A DNA stretch of 64,000 nt from Oculina patagonica. Taxonomy: Eukaryota. The notes below the pieces were generated by a model. That model made no database searches, was not told the DNA's origin, and saw only the letters and a list, made by a program, of their open reading frames with translations. The first letter of the stretch is position 1. Every line of letters begins with the position of its first letter. Both the position numbers and the translations under genes were made by a program. The stretch is from contig NC_135760.1 of NCBI RefSeq assembly GCF_052425735.1, positions 3,038,001-3,102,000 of the forward strand, read 5' to 3'. Positions 1 through 11,900 of this stretch are shown here, in pieces.

Positions 1-201
1 TGACTTGAGAAAGAACTTTTAATTATGCGTGGGAACACGTGTCGCTGATTGGCTGTTTTTAATTGAAACTAATCTTGCGTGTCCGTACGGAGTCCGTTCT
101 TGCAGCTGATCATTGTTTTCTACATTACAGCGAACGATTATCGATCCCGAACCATTCCCTTGGGATTGCTAACAGCTTTTTTCATATAACAAAGAGTCTA
201 A

Positions 202-213
202 TGCGCATGCGCA
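202..213. promoter_or_regulatory. NRF1-type palindrome TGCGCATGCGCA upstream of the orphan ORF
   Basis: Exact match to the NRF1 consensus ~65 bp upstream of the ATG at 277. Confidence 0.4.
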
Positions 214-276
214 AAGCGCACGCAAGCATTAGACTCAAAAACGGTGAATACCGCTAAACGTAAACCAGACTACGGT

Positions 277-798
277 ATGCGAGATCTCGACGAGATAATG
301 GAGGAGAGGATGGGCAACAAAATTGAGCTTGTTGGGCCGATGGTTGATGCATACATCAAGCAAATAGGGCATATGATCGGAAACAAGCTATCCAGATCCA
401 GAAACACTGGTTTGATGTCACCCATTTCCATATTTGTGCCATGGTCGATCTTTCGACATATCTTTGTTTTGGTGGTTGGCTATGGTGGGGACATAAAATC
501 GTCTGAGAAGAAAATCGTGTTGACGATTTCCTCCTATAACACCGCGAAGAAAGTGTTTTCGCCAGTCCGGATGCTGGGAAAAAACTGCCTAAAAAAGCGA
601 TGCTACAAATATGTGAAACAAAACGGAAAGCGTGTAAGCAAATTAACAGGAAGAGCTTCAGTTGTGGTGACGGAGAAATCTCCAATTCAGCTATCCTACA
701 ACCGAAATCAAGAAATAGCTGTCGTATCGTTGTATATTCAACGATACGACGAAAACGACTTTGCAGTGGACCTCTCCTTGCAAAAAAGGATCAGTTAA
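277..798 (+). CDS. Orphan ~173-aa basic protein, single exon, convergent with the RAG1/Transib-like gene; candidate accessory gene of that element
   Basis: ORF 244..798 opens with GTG; first ATG is at 277. Uninterrupted and Lys/Arg-rich. Upstream CCAAT (attgg ~48-52) and a perfect NRF1-type palindrome at 202-213. No family recognised. Confidence 0.55.
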   Translation: MRDLDEIMEERMGNKIELVGPMVDAYIKQIGHMIGNKLSRSRNTGLMSPISIFVPWSIFRHIFVLVVGYGGDIKSSEKKIVLTISSYNTAKKVFSPVRMLGKNCLKKRCYKYVKQNGKRVSKLTGRASVVVTEKSPIQLSYNRNQEIAVVSLYIQRYDENDFAVDLSLQKRIS

Positions 799-1412
799 GT
801 TAAATATCAAGCCTTGTAGCAGGTTTATTATTCTGCTGCTGTCGGTTCTGACAAGTTAAGTTTCACAGGTTCATAAGTGACAGAGTGATAAGAGTAGTTT
901 TTTTAAGAAACTGATTTGATTGAGTAAAATTCTATGCTTTAGATTATGACTTTGAATCTGATTCTTTCAATTGGTATTGACATGTTAAAAGAAAATCACA
1001 ACAATAGTGTTTTTATTTTGCAAAAACCTGCAAGTTTTTAGGGAAGTGGTCATAACAAGTGTACTCAACGAGGACCCACCTTGTGTAGGGGTAGGGGGCT
1101 ATGCAAGATAACACCTGTCTGATTAGCCAAATGGACAAAATTTATTGGCTTCAAAATTTGAGTTAAGACTTTCAACTTAGGTGTACATTGAAGCTTGCAT
1201 TGCTGGATAAATGGCACAAGGATGTTTGAATATTTTTCTTAGTTTCTATTACCATCTTTTAAGGTGGGAAGGGGGGGGGGGGGGGTACATGAAGAGACCA
1301 CCTGTCTTTTTGCAGAGTGGTGTGTCCTGTCTGAGTACAACAGTTTTGAGCATTTCCCTAGAACTTAATTTTCCATGTTAACCTAAACTGGTTCTTCAAT
1401 AAATAGTAGTTA

Positions 1413-2050
1413 CCACCGTTTGCATTGATACGCGATTTTTCATATCAAATCGCCCGCGGAAATGTTTCCAAAATTTCCGTCAATCAAAGCTTGAAAGGGT
1501 TTCCGACAACATTTCTCGCGAGCGATCATGAAAGCGAACTGGCGATAAATATTTTTTTTCCGCGGCCAAAACTCCTTAAACTGTTTTAAGCAGGTGCAGA
1601 TTAAACCATTTTGTAGCTAAGTTGTCAAAGAGGGCTTTTTCTCGCTAAACCGTCGGAATAAACACCATAAAAATAAAAGGTACAGAACTTTCATGTTCAG
1701 GGAGCCGTGAACGTATCGCGACATTCCGTCTGCCACTGTCTCTAAACTGTCGGCTTTGTATAAAATTAATTTTTTCGTAAAGATCTGTAAACCGTTAAGT
1801 TTCTTTCGGTTTCCAAACGCAAAAGCCTTGAAACTGAAGGTAAAGTCTCGAAAAAATGTCTTTGCTGTGTAATAAAGTTGAATTTGACCAAGTTTCTGTA
1901 GTCTTCTGTCGGCATAAATTTTATTGATCGTCGGTTTAATTTCAAGATCACTCGTGCGAAACGTCATTTCAAACTTTGATTGACGGAAATTTTGGAAACG
2001 TTTCCGCGGGCGATTCGATTTGAAAAATCGCGTATCAATGCAAACGGTGG
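1413..2050. mobile_element. MITE with ~85-bp TIRs (CCACCGTTTGCATTGATACGCG...) and TA target duplication
   Basis: ta|ccaccgtttgcattgatacgcgattttt ... aaaaatcgcgtatcaatgcaaacggtgg|ta. Confidence 0.85.
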
Positions 2051-2941
2051 TAACACAAATTTAGGTTCTTATTTTCTGATGAAGAATTTACATTTGTTAA
2101 AGTGGTATTCAGCCTATTCCTTGTATAAAATGTGCATACCACATAAGGTTTTATGTCAAATTGAAGCACTAATCATTCAGAACAGAACATTACATACATG
2201 TACAGTAAGGCCTTGTGTAAACCTTTTTTTCCCAAAAGTCAACATTTTTAATCCATTTTGGATATTAAGAACCTGTTTTCAAGTTTTAGGCTAAATAGGT
2301 TCTTATAAAAAGAGGGTCCAATTTGCAAGTTTTGGCCTAACAGGTTAAATGTTAGTTTCTTACTCGCGAGTTTTTACTGTTGTAGATAATATTGTTAAGG
2401 AGCATTGATGAATCAGGAACTTAGTGAGAAAACTAGATCATAGTGCTATAGCAAACAAAATTAATAGATTTGAGGATATTAATTTTTTGAAAGGCCCAAA
2501 TTGCAGCTTACCATTGCCTTTCTTTACACTTATTTCATGTTAAGTCTGATAAAGGTAACCCAGAAAAAATCTCTTCTCATGAAATTTGAAGAGGACAATA
2601 GTAGCTAAAGAAACATTTTAACTTTAATATTGTTTACTTTGCAAAGATAAGAAAAAATGCGGTGACTACAGTAAACATCCAGGGGATGTTTTAAAACAAA
2701 GGCACAAGAAAAGTTGCAGCCAGTTATTATTCATATAATATTATGTAAGAAATATTGAGACCTTAATTTTGGAAAGTGACTGCAGTTTTACTTTGACTGC
2801 TTCAAAGCAATCCTGTGCATCTTACAGCTGCTTTATGACAAACAAGATTTTTTTTTTCAGTAATTGCCTTCTCCAGTGGGCATAGAGTATCACTGAAAAT
2901 TAATATTGACATTTATAGCAAAAGCTCATTTTGAAAGGTAA

Positions 2942-5900
2942 CTAGTGTTCATCTGCTACTGCACCCTCCAGTCTTCTCACGAGGATGTCCTTGTTACCTG
3001 TAGTGCAAAGGTTCCTCAAACGCAGTTCATTCCTGAGTTCATTTACTTTCATGTCTTTTGGCGCCTTGTTTACAGCTCTTATCTGTGGGAATGTATGAAG
3101 GGTAATGTGTGATTCCAGAGTCGCTTTATCTGGAAAGCGACTGCCACACGTACTGCACTTAGCTGGCTTAAGAATACCAAGGACATTTGAGGTGAATTCT
3201 TTGTTTTGTGCACAAAGAACAACTTCCATACTCTCAAGGCAGTTTGCACAACAGTCAACATTGTCTTCCTTCTTTCTGCCACAGCTGCAATAACACTCAA
3301 GATTACAATGAGGTGGAACGCGGGATTTAAAATGTGAGCTGTAAGGGCTGGGCATGGGATGGTGTTCTGGAAGGTAGAAACTACGTATGTAGTTTGCGCG
3401 CATAACTTGCCACCATTTCCCTGTTTCATCTGCTTTGTTAGACCTGTTAGTTAATGCTAGATCTGACTTCACCCCTGAATGCTTTGCTTCCTTAGCTTGT
3501 AGGGATATAATTCCATACCCTGTTCCATACTGTTCGAAAAGCATCAATGCATGATAGGGAATTGCAAATGCAACAGTCCATGTGGTCACATTGACATAGT
3601 TAGGAAAAAACAGACAAAACAAATTGAAGTAGAGCTGACAATATTCCTTGAGCTCTAGCAATTCAGCTTTGTTTGTTGACACTTTGTTAAATAATGTGCA
3701 AGCCTGACGTAGGTAAAGCACAATCCTGCCCAAGGCCAAAGTTCTTGTGTGCTGAGCAGGTGACTCATCATCACATTCTAAGCCATCAATTAAGCGAAAG
3801 CCATACCGAGCTAAGGAAATAGCTTGATCTCCAATTAGTCGCGTAGGAAGCTGATTATACCTTTTGTTTTCATCGGCATAATGTTCCTTTATAAAAGGGA
3901 CAAGATAAGCCAGACCACAGCCAGCAGCAGATTTTCCAGCTTCTGGTGTTTTGCGACTGTTGCAGTTTGCCATGTGAGTGACAAGCTTCACGTTAGCCTC
4001 TTCTGCAATCTCTAATGCAGCAATTCTTTCTCCAGCACCAACCTGACAAGAGATAATATAATTTAAGAACTTTAACCTTCGGAATTTCTGTATCAGAATC
4101 AAGACTAAGGACAAAAACAAAAACACTAAGTATTTTAGCAAATTATAATTGTGAAAAAAAAAAATTAATGCATGAATCACTTGACAGGGCGTTTAGGAAA
4201 AGGCTACAAGTGACTCATGAACTTAATAAAAAAAACTCTCTCCTTTGCTTGACAAGTTATTTGAATGAGAATCAATCAGTTCTACAGAAATTATTTGAGG
4301 TGTGTTTTTTTTTAATGCACCCCATCACTAATAAGCTGAACATTACCTTTGACTGTGCAGTAGACGCGTCAGCTAGTTTGGTTCCTGACCCTTCAAGTTG
4401 GCAGCAATGCAGGCCAGCCTGGTTTTCGGGACACGCTTTCCGTGTTCCATCGCACACCTGTAGATTCGCTTCAGGTAGTTTTTTCCCTTCATCCGGACTG
4501 GGAAGAACACTCTCTCCTTCTGTATCCTGCCCAGAGAGGAGTAAACATTTTAGCAAATTATAATTGTGAAAAAAAAAAATTAATGCATGAATCACTTGAC
4601 AGGGTGTTTAGGAAAAGGCTACAAGTGACTCATGAACTACAACTCTCTCCTTTGCTTGACAAGTTATTTGAATGAGAATCAATCAGTTCTACAGAAATTA
4701 TTTGAGGTGTTTTTTTTTTTTAATGCACCCCATCACTAATAAGCTGAACATTACCTTTGACTGTGCAGTAGACGCGTCAGCTAGTTTGGTTCCTGACCCT
4801 TCAAGTTGGCAGCAATGCAGGCCAGCCTGGTTTTCGGGACACGCTTTCCGTGTTCCATCGCACACCTGTAGATTCGCTTCAGGTAGTTTTTTCCCTTCAT
4901 CCGGACTGGGAAGAACACTCTCTCCTTCTGTATCCTGCCCAGAGAGGAGTAAACATTTTAGCAAATTATAATTGTGAAAAAAAAAATTAATGCATGAATC
5001 ACTTGACAGGGTGTTTAGGAAAAGGCTACAAGTGACTCATGAACTTAATAAAAAAAACTCTCTCCTTTGCTTGACAAGTTATTTGAATGAGAATCAATCA
5101 GTTCTACAGAAATTATTTGAGGTGTTTTTTTTTTAATGCACCCCATCACTAATAAGCTGAACATTACCTTTGACTGTGCAGTAGACGCGTCAGCTAGTTT
5201 GGTTCCTGACCCTTCAAGTTGGCAGCAATGCAGGCCAGCCTGGTTTTCGGGACACGCTTTCCGTGTTCCATCGCACACCTGTAGATTCGCTTCAGGTAGT
5301 TTTTTTCCCTTCATCCGGACTGGGAAGAACACTCTCTCCTTCTGTATCCTGCCCAGAGAGGAGTAAACATTTTAGCAAATTATAATTGTGTTAAAAAGTG
5401 GCCATTTAATCAGTAATAAAAAACGCACCCGAGTGCATTGTTGAGTTACATAAGCACGCCGGAATTTTTGAGAGCACGAGAGAAGTGCATAGAGAAGCAC
5501 AAGGCGCAGCCGAGAGCTTCTCGCACTTCTACAGTGTTCTTAAAAATTCCCAAGTGCTAATATATAACTCAACAATGCATGTGGAGAAAGTTTTTTATTT
5601 ATATATAAAATGTTAAGAAATTACGCCACTCAAGTTCGTGACATAAGCCGTGTGCATTATAACTCGATAAAGCACGCGTGTGACATAAGCCGCGTGCTTT
5701 ATGGAGCTATATTGAAGTCGAACTGACCAATCATAGCGCGCACAATTCCTCGAACATTTTATAATCAGTAATAAAAATTTTGGATATACTGTGCATGTTG
5801 GTAAGTGCTTTAATTTATGCATGAATCACTTGACAAGGTGTTTAGGAAAAGGCTACAAGTGACTCATGAACTTAATAAAAAAAAACCTCTCCTTTGCTTG

Positions 5901-8900
5901 ACAAGTTATTTGAATGAGAATCAATCCGTTCTACAGAAATTACTTGAGGTGTTTTTTTTTTTTTAATGCACCCCATCACTAATAAGCTGAACATTACCTT
6001 TGACTGTGCAGTAGACGCGTCAGCTAGTTTGGTTCCTGACCCTTCAAGTTGGCAGCAATGCAGGCCAGCCTGGTTTTCGGGACACGCTCTTCGTGTTCCA
6101 TCGTACACCTGTAGATTCGCTTCAGGTAGTTTTTTCCCTTCATCCGCACTGGGAAGAACACTCTCTCCTCCAGTATCCTGATCATGAGCAGGAGTCTGTT
6201 CCTTTGCAGCAGGGCGGGTATCACTGGTGGTACATTTTCCTACTGGAGCACCTAGAATGTCAATAAAAACATCAAACTTTCCCCTCTGTACATATTCAAT
6301 GTAGATGATATGGAGCAATTGTTTCCAGGCGTTGATTTCGCAGTGTACAGGCTCTGGCCTCTGCCTTTCAGCAAATATACCAATACGTGGTGGGCCAAGT
6401 TGGCGAAGACCATTTTCTGCCAGGTACTGCAGTATCTTCTCATGCTTTGCCTTTTTGCTCAATGTTGCTGAAAGAGATGAAGTGTATTGCTGTACCATTT
6501 TTACATGGTTCTTTCTCACTGCATTCGTGTATGGTTGCCAAGTGTCACCATCAGCAAATCCAATAGAACCTCCCATTGTTGTCATGTTTGTTTTGCTAAC
6601 ATTAGCATATGGGGATGGGTGCGTGGCTGCTTGATTGACTTCATTGCTGGCCCAGCTTTGCCAACTCATGTCTGCACTCGGTTGAAATTCTACGGTGCAT
6701 TGCTTATTACATATGGATATGATGTTGCCCTCTAACAGTGCCATCTCAGCAGTATGTTGTTCCCACAGGTCTTCCAGCACTTGATGCTTCTCACCAAGGC
6801 TCACACAATGCAGGAGATATTGATAGTCTCGACTTCTTACACGGTCTCCTAAATTCCACAAGGTGATGCTGCCTATAGACATTGTTAGTTGACTAGTTTC
6901 CGGTGCACCATCATCTGAGAATTGGAAAATGAAGTGATTTTCCAATTCATTAAACCAGATAAGTTTCTTATAAAGACATGGAACTCGCAAATGTAGATCC
7001 ATTATCATACAGACAAGCCCTGTAACTGTTCGTGTAACACCAGGCGCATTGGGTATTTGGTTGCAATGACCAATGTTTAAGTCCTTAACAAATTTGTCAA
7101 CAACCTTGTCACTTACTGCCTGGGGAAGTCTGATTTCAATTCCTAGACATTGTACATTCCTTGGAACCCAAATTTCATTTTCTCCATTAAAGTAAGAGGA
7201 CTGTGTTTTGCACACAAGGTCAAATTTTCTTCGCGAGAGGAAATTCTGGTATTTTATAGCAACTGCATGTTTAATTGCTTCTGGTGATGACTGAAACTCT
7301 TTCATAGCCTTGCCAAAGGTCTCCTGGAGGTACTTGCCTCTCTTGTAACCACTCAAAACTTCATCAATCAGTTCTTTAGGTGCATTAGCTGACAGATAAT
7401 CCCAAGCACCGTAATAAGAACCTGTGGCCCCTCCATGAATGAACTGTAAGGCCTTCTCGGTCTCTTTTCTCCTTCTGTATCTGGTGGAAGAGTTAAAATC
7501 ATCTATCATATCCTTTGAAGTAGAATTGCTTGCTCTTCTGGATTTGGAAAATTGTTTGGGATCCAAGCCCAGAACTGACAGCATTGATTTCACCTGTAAA
7601 AAAATGTATCTGAAATAAATCATTCATGCATGACCTGCAAAACGTTAACTAAAAGGAATTTTTTCTGACTCCCCGGATGCAATTGAAAACGCATACATCA
7701 CATCACAGTTAGATCCAGGGCTCAAAATAAGTTGCCGGTCATTTTGATTGGCCAAACAGATTTTAGCCTGGTCACGTGTCATTCGTGACCAGTTAAAATA
7801 GCAATTTTTAACTACCATTCGTTTTTGCTGTTTGTTAGATCGTCTTTGTTTGCGTGGCATAATAAGAACCGCTATTTTTTCACTGCTTTAGCTAATCTTG
7901 AATAGATCGCTTCTTAATGCCCTTGTAACATGTTTCCTGGTCCTCAGTTATCATTTTAATAGCCATGTACGTGACCGGTCAAAATGACTGGCAAACCGAA
8001 ACTGACTGGCCATTATTTTGAGCCCTGAGATCATTTCTCAATTTAATATGATTTTACCTGATCATACTGTTTCTGTATATTTAGTAATTCCTCTCTAACT
8101 ACACTAGCTTCTTTTACACTGGCTTCCTTTTCTTTCTGCAATTCTTCCACCCTGATAGCTGTGTACAGATTTATAATAAAGTATATTGAAATATCCAGTG
8201 AGAAAATTACAGTACATGTAATACACTGACAATTTGAGATATCAGGAAGATAATAAATTATATGGAACTCTACTGTATAAATTACAAAACAAAACTCACA
8301 TTGAAGTGGCAAAAATAATTTCCTGAGTGATTAAGAGTTCAGATAATGGATGCAGAGTGAGAAAAAGTACATTTTCTTTTCAATTCAAGGATGAGAGAGA
8401 AATACACCTGGACAAGCTAGTCAAAGAAAAGGCTGTGACTAAAAGTGGGACGGGGACTTGGGGACGGGGACGCGGGACGCGTGTCTGGGACGTGGGACGC
8501 GTGGGCTGGGACGTGGGGACGTGGGGACGTGGGGACGTGGGGACGTGGGGACGTGGGGACGCGGGGACGTGGGGACTCGGGGACGTAGGGACGCGCAAAC
8601 GAATAGGCTACGTTTTCTGTAGACTTGCCACAAGTCAACTCTTTGGAGCGACGAAGTCGCGATTGACTCTTTGGAGCGACGGAAGTCAAGTCGACTCTTT
8701 AGAGTCTACGTTTTCTGCGTTGAATGTGTAAAATACAATTTCCGGTATAATTTTTTTAATAGCTTCATTGGGAAACGTAAAAAAGGCATGGAACATTGAA
8801 ATATTATATATAACACAATGCAAATAGATACTAGAGATAAAAACATTTCTCGAAGGGGAAAATGAGAACGGAAGTCCAGGGTTGCTCGCTTATTTCTATT

Positions 8901-11900
8901 ACCGTGAGAGATCTGGTTACAGAATATTTTCAACGCAGGAGGTCTTAAACCTCGTGGGCAGCATGGACGACTTTCCTGGTAAGTACATGCTTTTCGTTGC
9001 TCTAATTCTTTATTATCTGTTCTCAATCCTCGCTTTCTTCGACGCTCGAGCATACTTTAAAACAACTGTCGTCTATACATGTAGGTGCCTTGTAGTTTGG
9101 ACGCTTTTAGCCAGTAATTTCACGGGCAACGCTTAACGAGATCCGTTGTATTGTTTTGATAGCGATCAAAGTAGTTAATATAATTATTTGCTCAATCAGT
9201 GACACTCCGATAAAAAAAAAAACACATGTTACTGGGAACCCAAATGAATTTTATTAAAAGTCCAGTTTGTTTATAAAAGAAATTGAACTGCGATTTGTTT
9301 AGCACACTACCTGAATTCTAAACCATGTCTGCTTTTCATTATACTTATTTCACGGATGAAAAGCCTTAGATTCTGAGTACGCCCTCTAATAAGCAAACCA
9401 ATTTGCAGCTAACGACCTCTTATTTACTGCAAATTTCGTTTTCTATCCATACACCTGCACAATATTTTTAAACTTTCATAACAAATATTGTTCACTGATT
9501 CTTGGCAACGCGTAGAATAATATTAAGAGGAACAAGTCACATAGAGTGATTAACGTAACGAAATCCGCATTTATACGACATTCGTTTTAATAACGACACT
9601 TCAATTTAAACTACATCGGGCCGGGTAGCTCAAATGTTCGGTGCCCCAGGCCAAGACCAAATGACTAGGTAGTCTCGGGCCGCCAAAACAAGGGTCCGCA
9701 TACATAACGTTACTTTACAAGAGTAACGTAACCTTCTTATATTGAGGAATGCCTCTCAGAAAGAAACAAGCTATAACAATCCAATTTTTTTGGCCGTTTA
9801 AATATCGAGTAAAATGTCGTGTAAATGCATCTTAAAAAGTAACGTGCAATAAACTACAACGTGTTACAGCCCCGTGAAATGTCGTGCGTCAGGATCCATA
9901 GCACTAACATTCCACTGTGATATTATCTCATATTTAGAATGGCAACCGTGACAACAATACCAGCAACATTGTTACCTGGAAGTCTGATCTTAAGCTGTTA
10001 CCATAGGGATTACTGTAACATTAGGACGCAACGGATGGCGCATGTAGCACCTTCATGGTAATCATATACGTTCAGCCTATTGCAATGTATAGTTCACTAG
10101 ATAATGATGAAAAAGGTAACAAAATACATGACCTATCACTGAATCTCATGTTACTTAACGTGGATGATGACTGTAGCAAGATCAATATGAAATGTACATA
10201 CAGTGTATAGTTATGACAAAGAATGACATACCTTGACACTGAGAAAAAACCTTTCTGGTTATGGAAAGGGGGGTGTTAATGCCGGTGGTTGACATGGACA
10301 GACGAAAAGATATCGTAAGGATACATAGGAGCAATGCATACATATATACATGTAACATGCAGTCCTTACTTTTGTGCTTCTGTCTTTGTTTAACGGAGAC
10401 CTAACTACAACCATTCTGTGCATGTTATTTTCTGTTGAAAACAAGTTATTCAGCGAAGCACAGTGTCCTTTTTCAATGATTCCGCGAATCACTCCGTGTT
10501 TTAAATATAAGTTTACCTAAATTTTTCTGTCCATGCTACTTTGAGGCATTCAATACTAATAGCCATCGGCATCGGCACCCCTCCCCAGCTCACTTCACCC
10601 CACTCCACCCTGAGCACAAATAAACTAGCCCTTATTTCACCCTTAAGACATAGATTACACTGGATATTAATTTTCTGGCGAAATGTTCAGCTGCTGGTAC
10701 AGAAAATCTTTGTGCTCATTATTTAGGCGTTCCCTGACAATGGGATGGATGTGTAATTGGGACCCGTTAAAACCAGCACTGGCAATGCTATTTCCTTTTC
10801 TGACACACGCTACATTGACATGGAAATAAACACCCTGTTCTTTCCCCACTCTCAGAATTCCTGTTTTGTCTTTCCAGGGACGGCACTCTCTGTGGGTAAT
10901 GGCAATGTCATCAGGAGGAGGGAAGAGGCCACCATCTGCCATGCGTGGGAACCTTGTGCCACATCCGGTACAAGTTGTTACGCGGGGATGATCAGAAAGA
11001 AAGACAAGAGAGTAGGGATTACTGCTTCCACCACGAACTTCATGCTGTCCATCTCTTCGAACAATCGTCAGTTTCACCGCTGGTTGAGCTTCCACGCTTC
11101 TTTGCAGCCTGTCAACATGTTCAGTGACAAAACTTTCTGGCCTTTTCGACTTTTTTCCTCTCTTTTTCTGGTGAGGCTTTCTCCCAGCATTGGCAACGTC
11201 AAGGCCATAAGTAGACATTTTTGTCACACTTGTCTCCACAGCATTTTTCTTGTGCCACTGTAAAAGATTGCGAAGTTTACCCTTGTGTTCTGCGGCTGCC
11301 AATGTATGAGAACAGATGCTGGAGTGGTTGAAGGCAGGACACATTTCATCACAACTGAATTTCCCGTTCTTGTATTCCGTTATGACATGCGGTTTTGGCG
11401 AGGTCTCCGACGCTACAAGGACAGTGTTGTCCTGTTGGAAGCCATCTGTGACTTGTTTCGTTTGCAGAAGCCGCCGTGCTTTGGCAAATTGATTTGCCAA
11501 AATGCTATCTGGGATGCCAGTTATGCCAGACTGTTTATGCGATATTGAAAGCGTTGACGTTGTTAGCGAGATCGGTCCACTCTCCTTGGCCTTGTTCGTG
11601 TAAGCCCTCCTCTCAGTGGGATTCATTCTTCTCCACCTATCTGGGGATATCTTGAGGTGGCTGTATTGACTTGCCAGTCTGCATTCACCCTGATCAAGGA
11701 TTGCTCCTTCTAACAGCGCATCTTGTTCCTTCACGAGCTCGTGGCTTTTGGAAATGAAGGCTACCAAGCTGACACGCTTGTGCTCAGTCTTCAGCTTTAA
11801 AAGGTGGTTTTCTGCTTCGTTGTCATTAATGGAATACAACGAGTCTATTAGTCCAGCCTTCTGGCGCATGGGTTTCAGCATAGAAGTTAGGATCGTGTCA

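Noticed and set aside
244-798. ORF as RAG2-like
   Set aside because: Too short, with no kelch repeats or PHD finger; only its position is analogous
4132-5390. Repeat array as CRISPR
   Set aside because: Eukaryotic ~410-bp tandem units with no unique spacers or cas genes
8408-8416. Possible 9-nt micro-exon (tag|CTTGTCCAG|gt) beside the MULE TSD
   Set aside because: Phase compatible but not needed for the frame; could be chance
8327-9136. ORFs rich in GTWGRGD/PRPHVPT and their mirrors at 16189-16734
   Set aside because: Translations of the TIR and its octamer array
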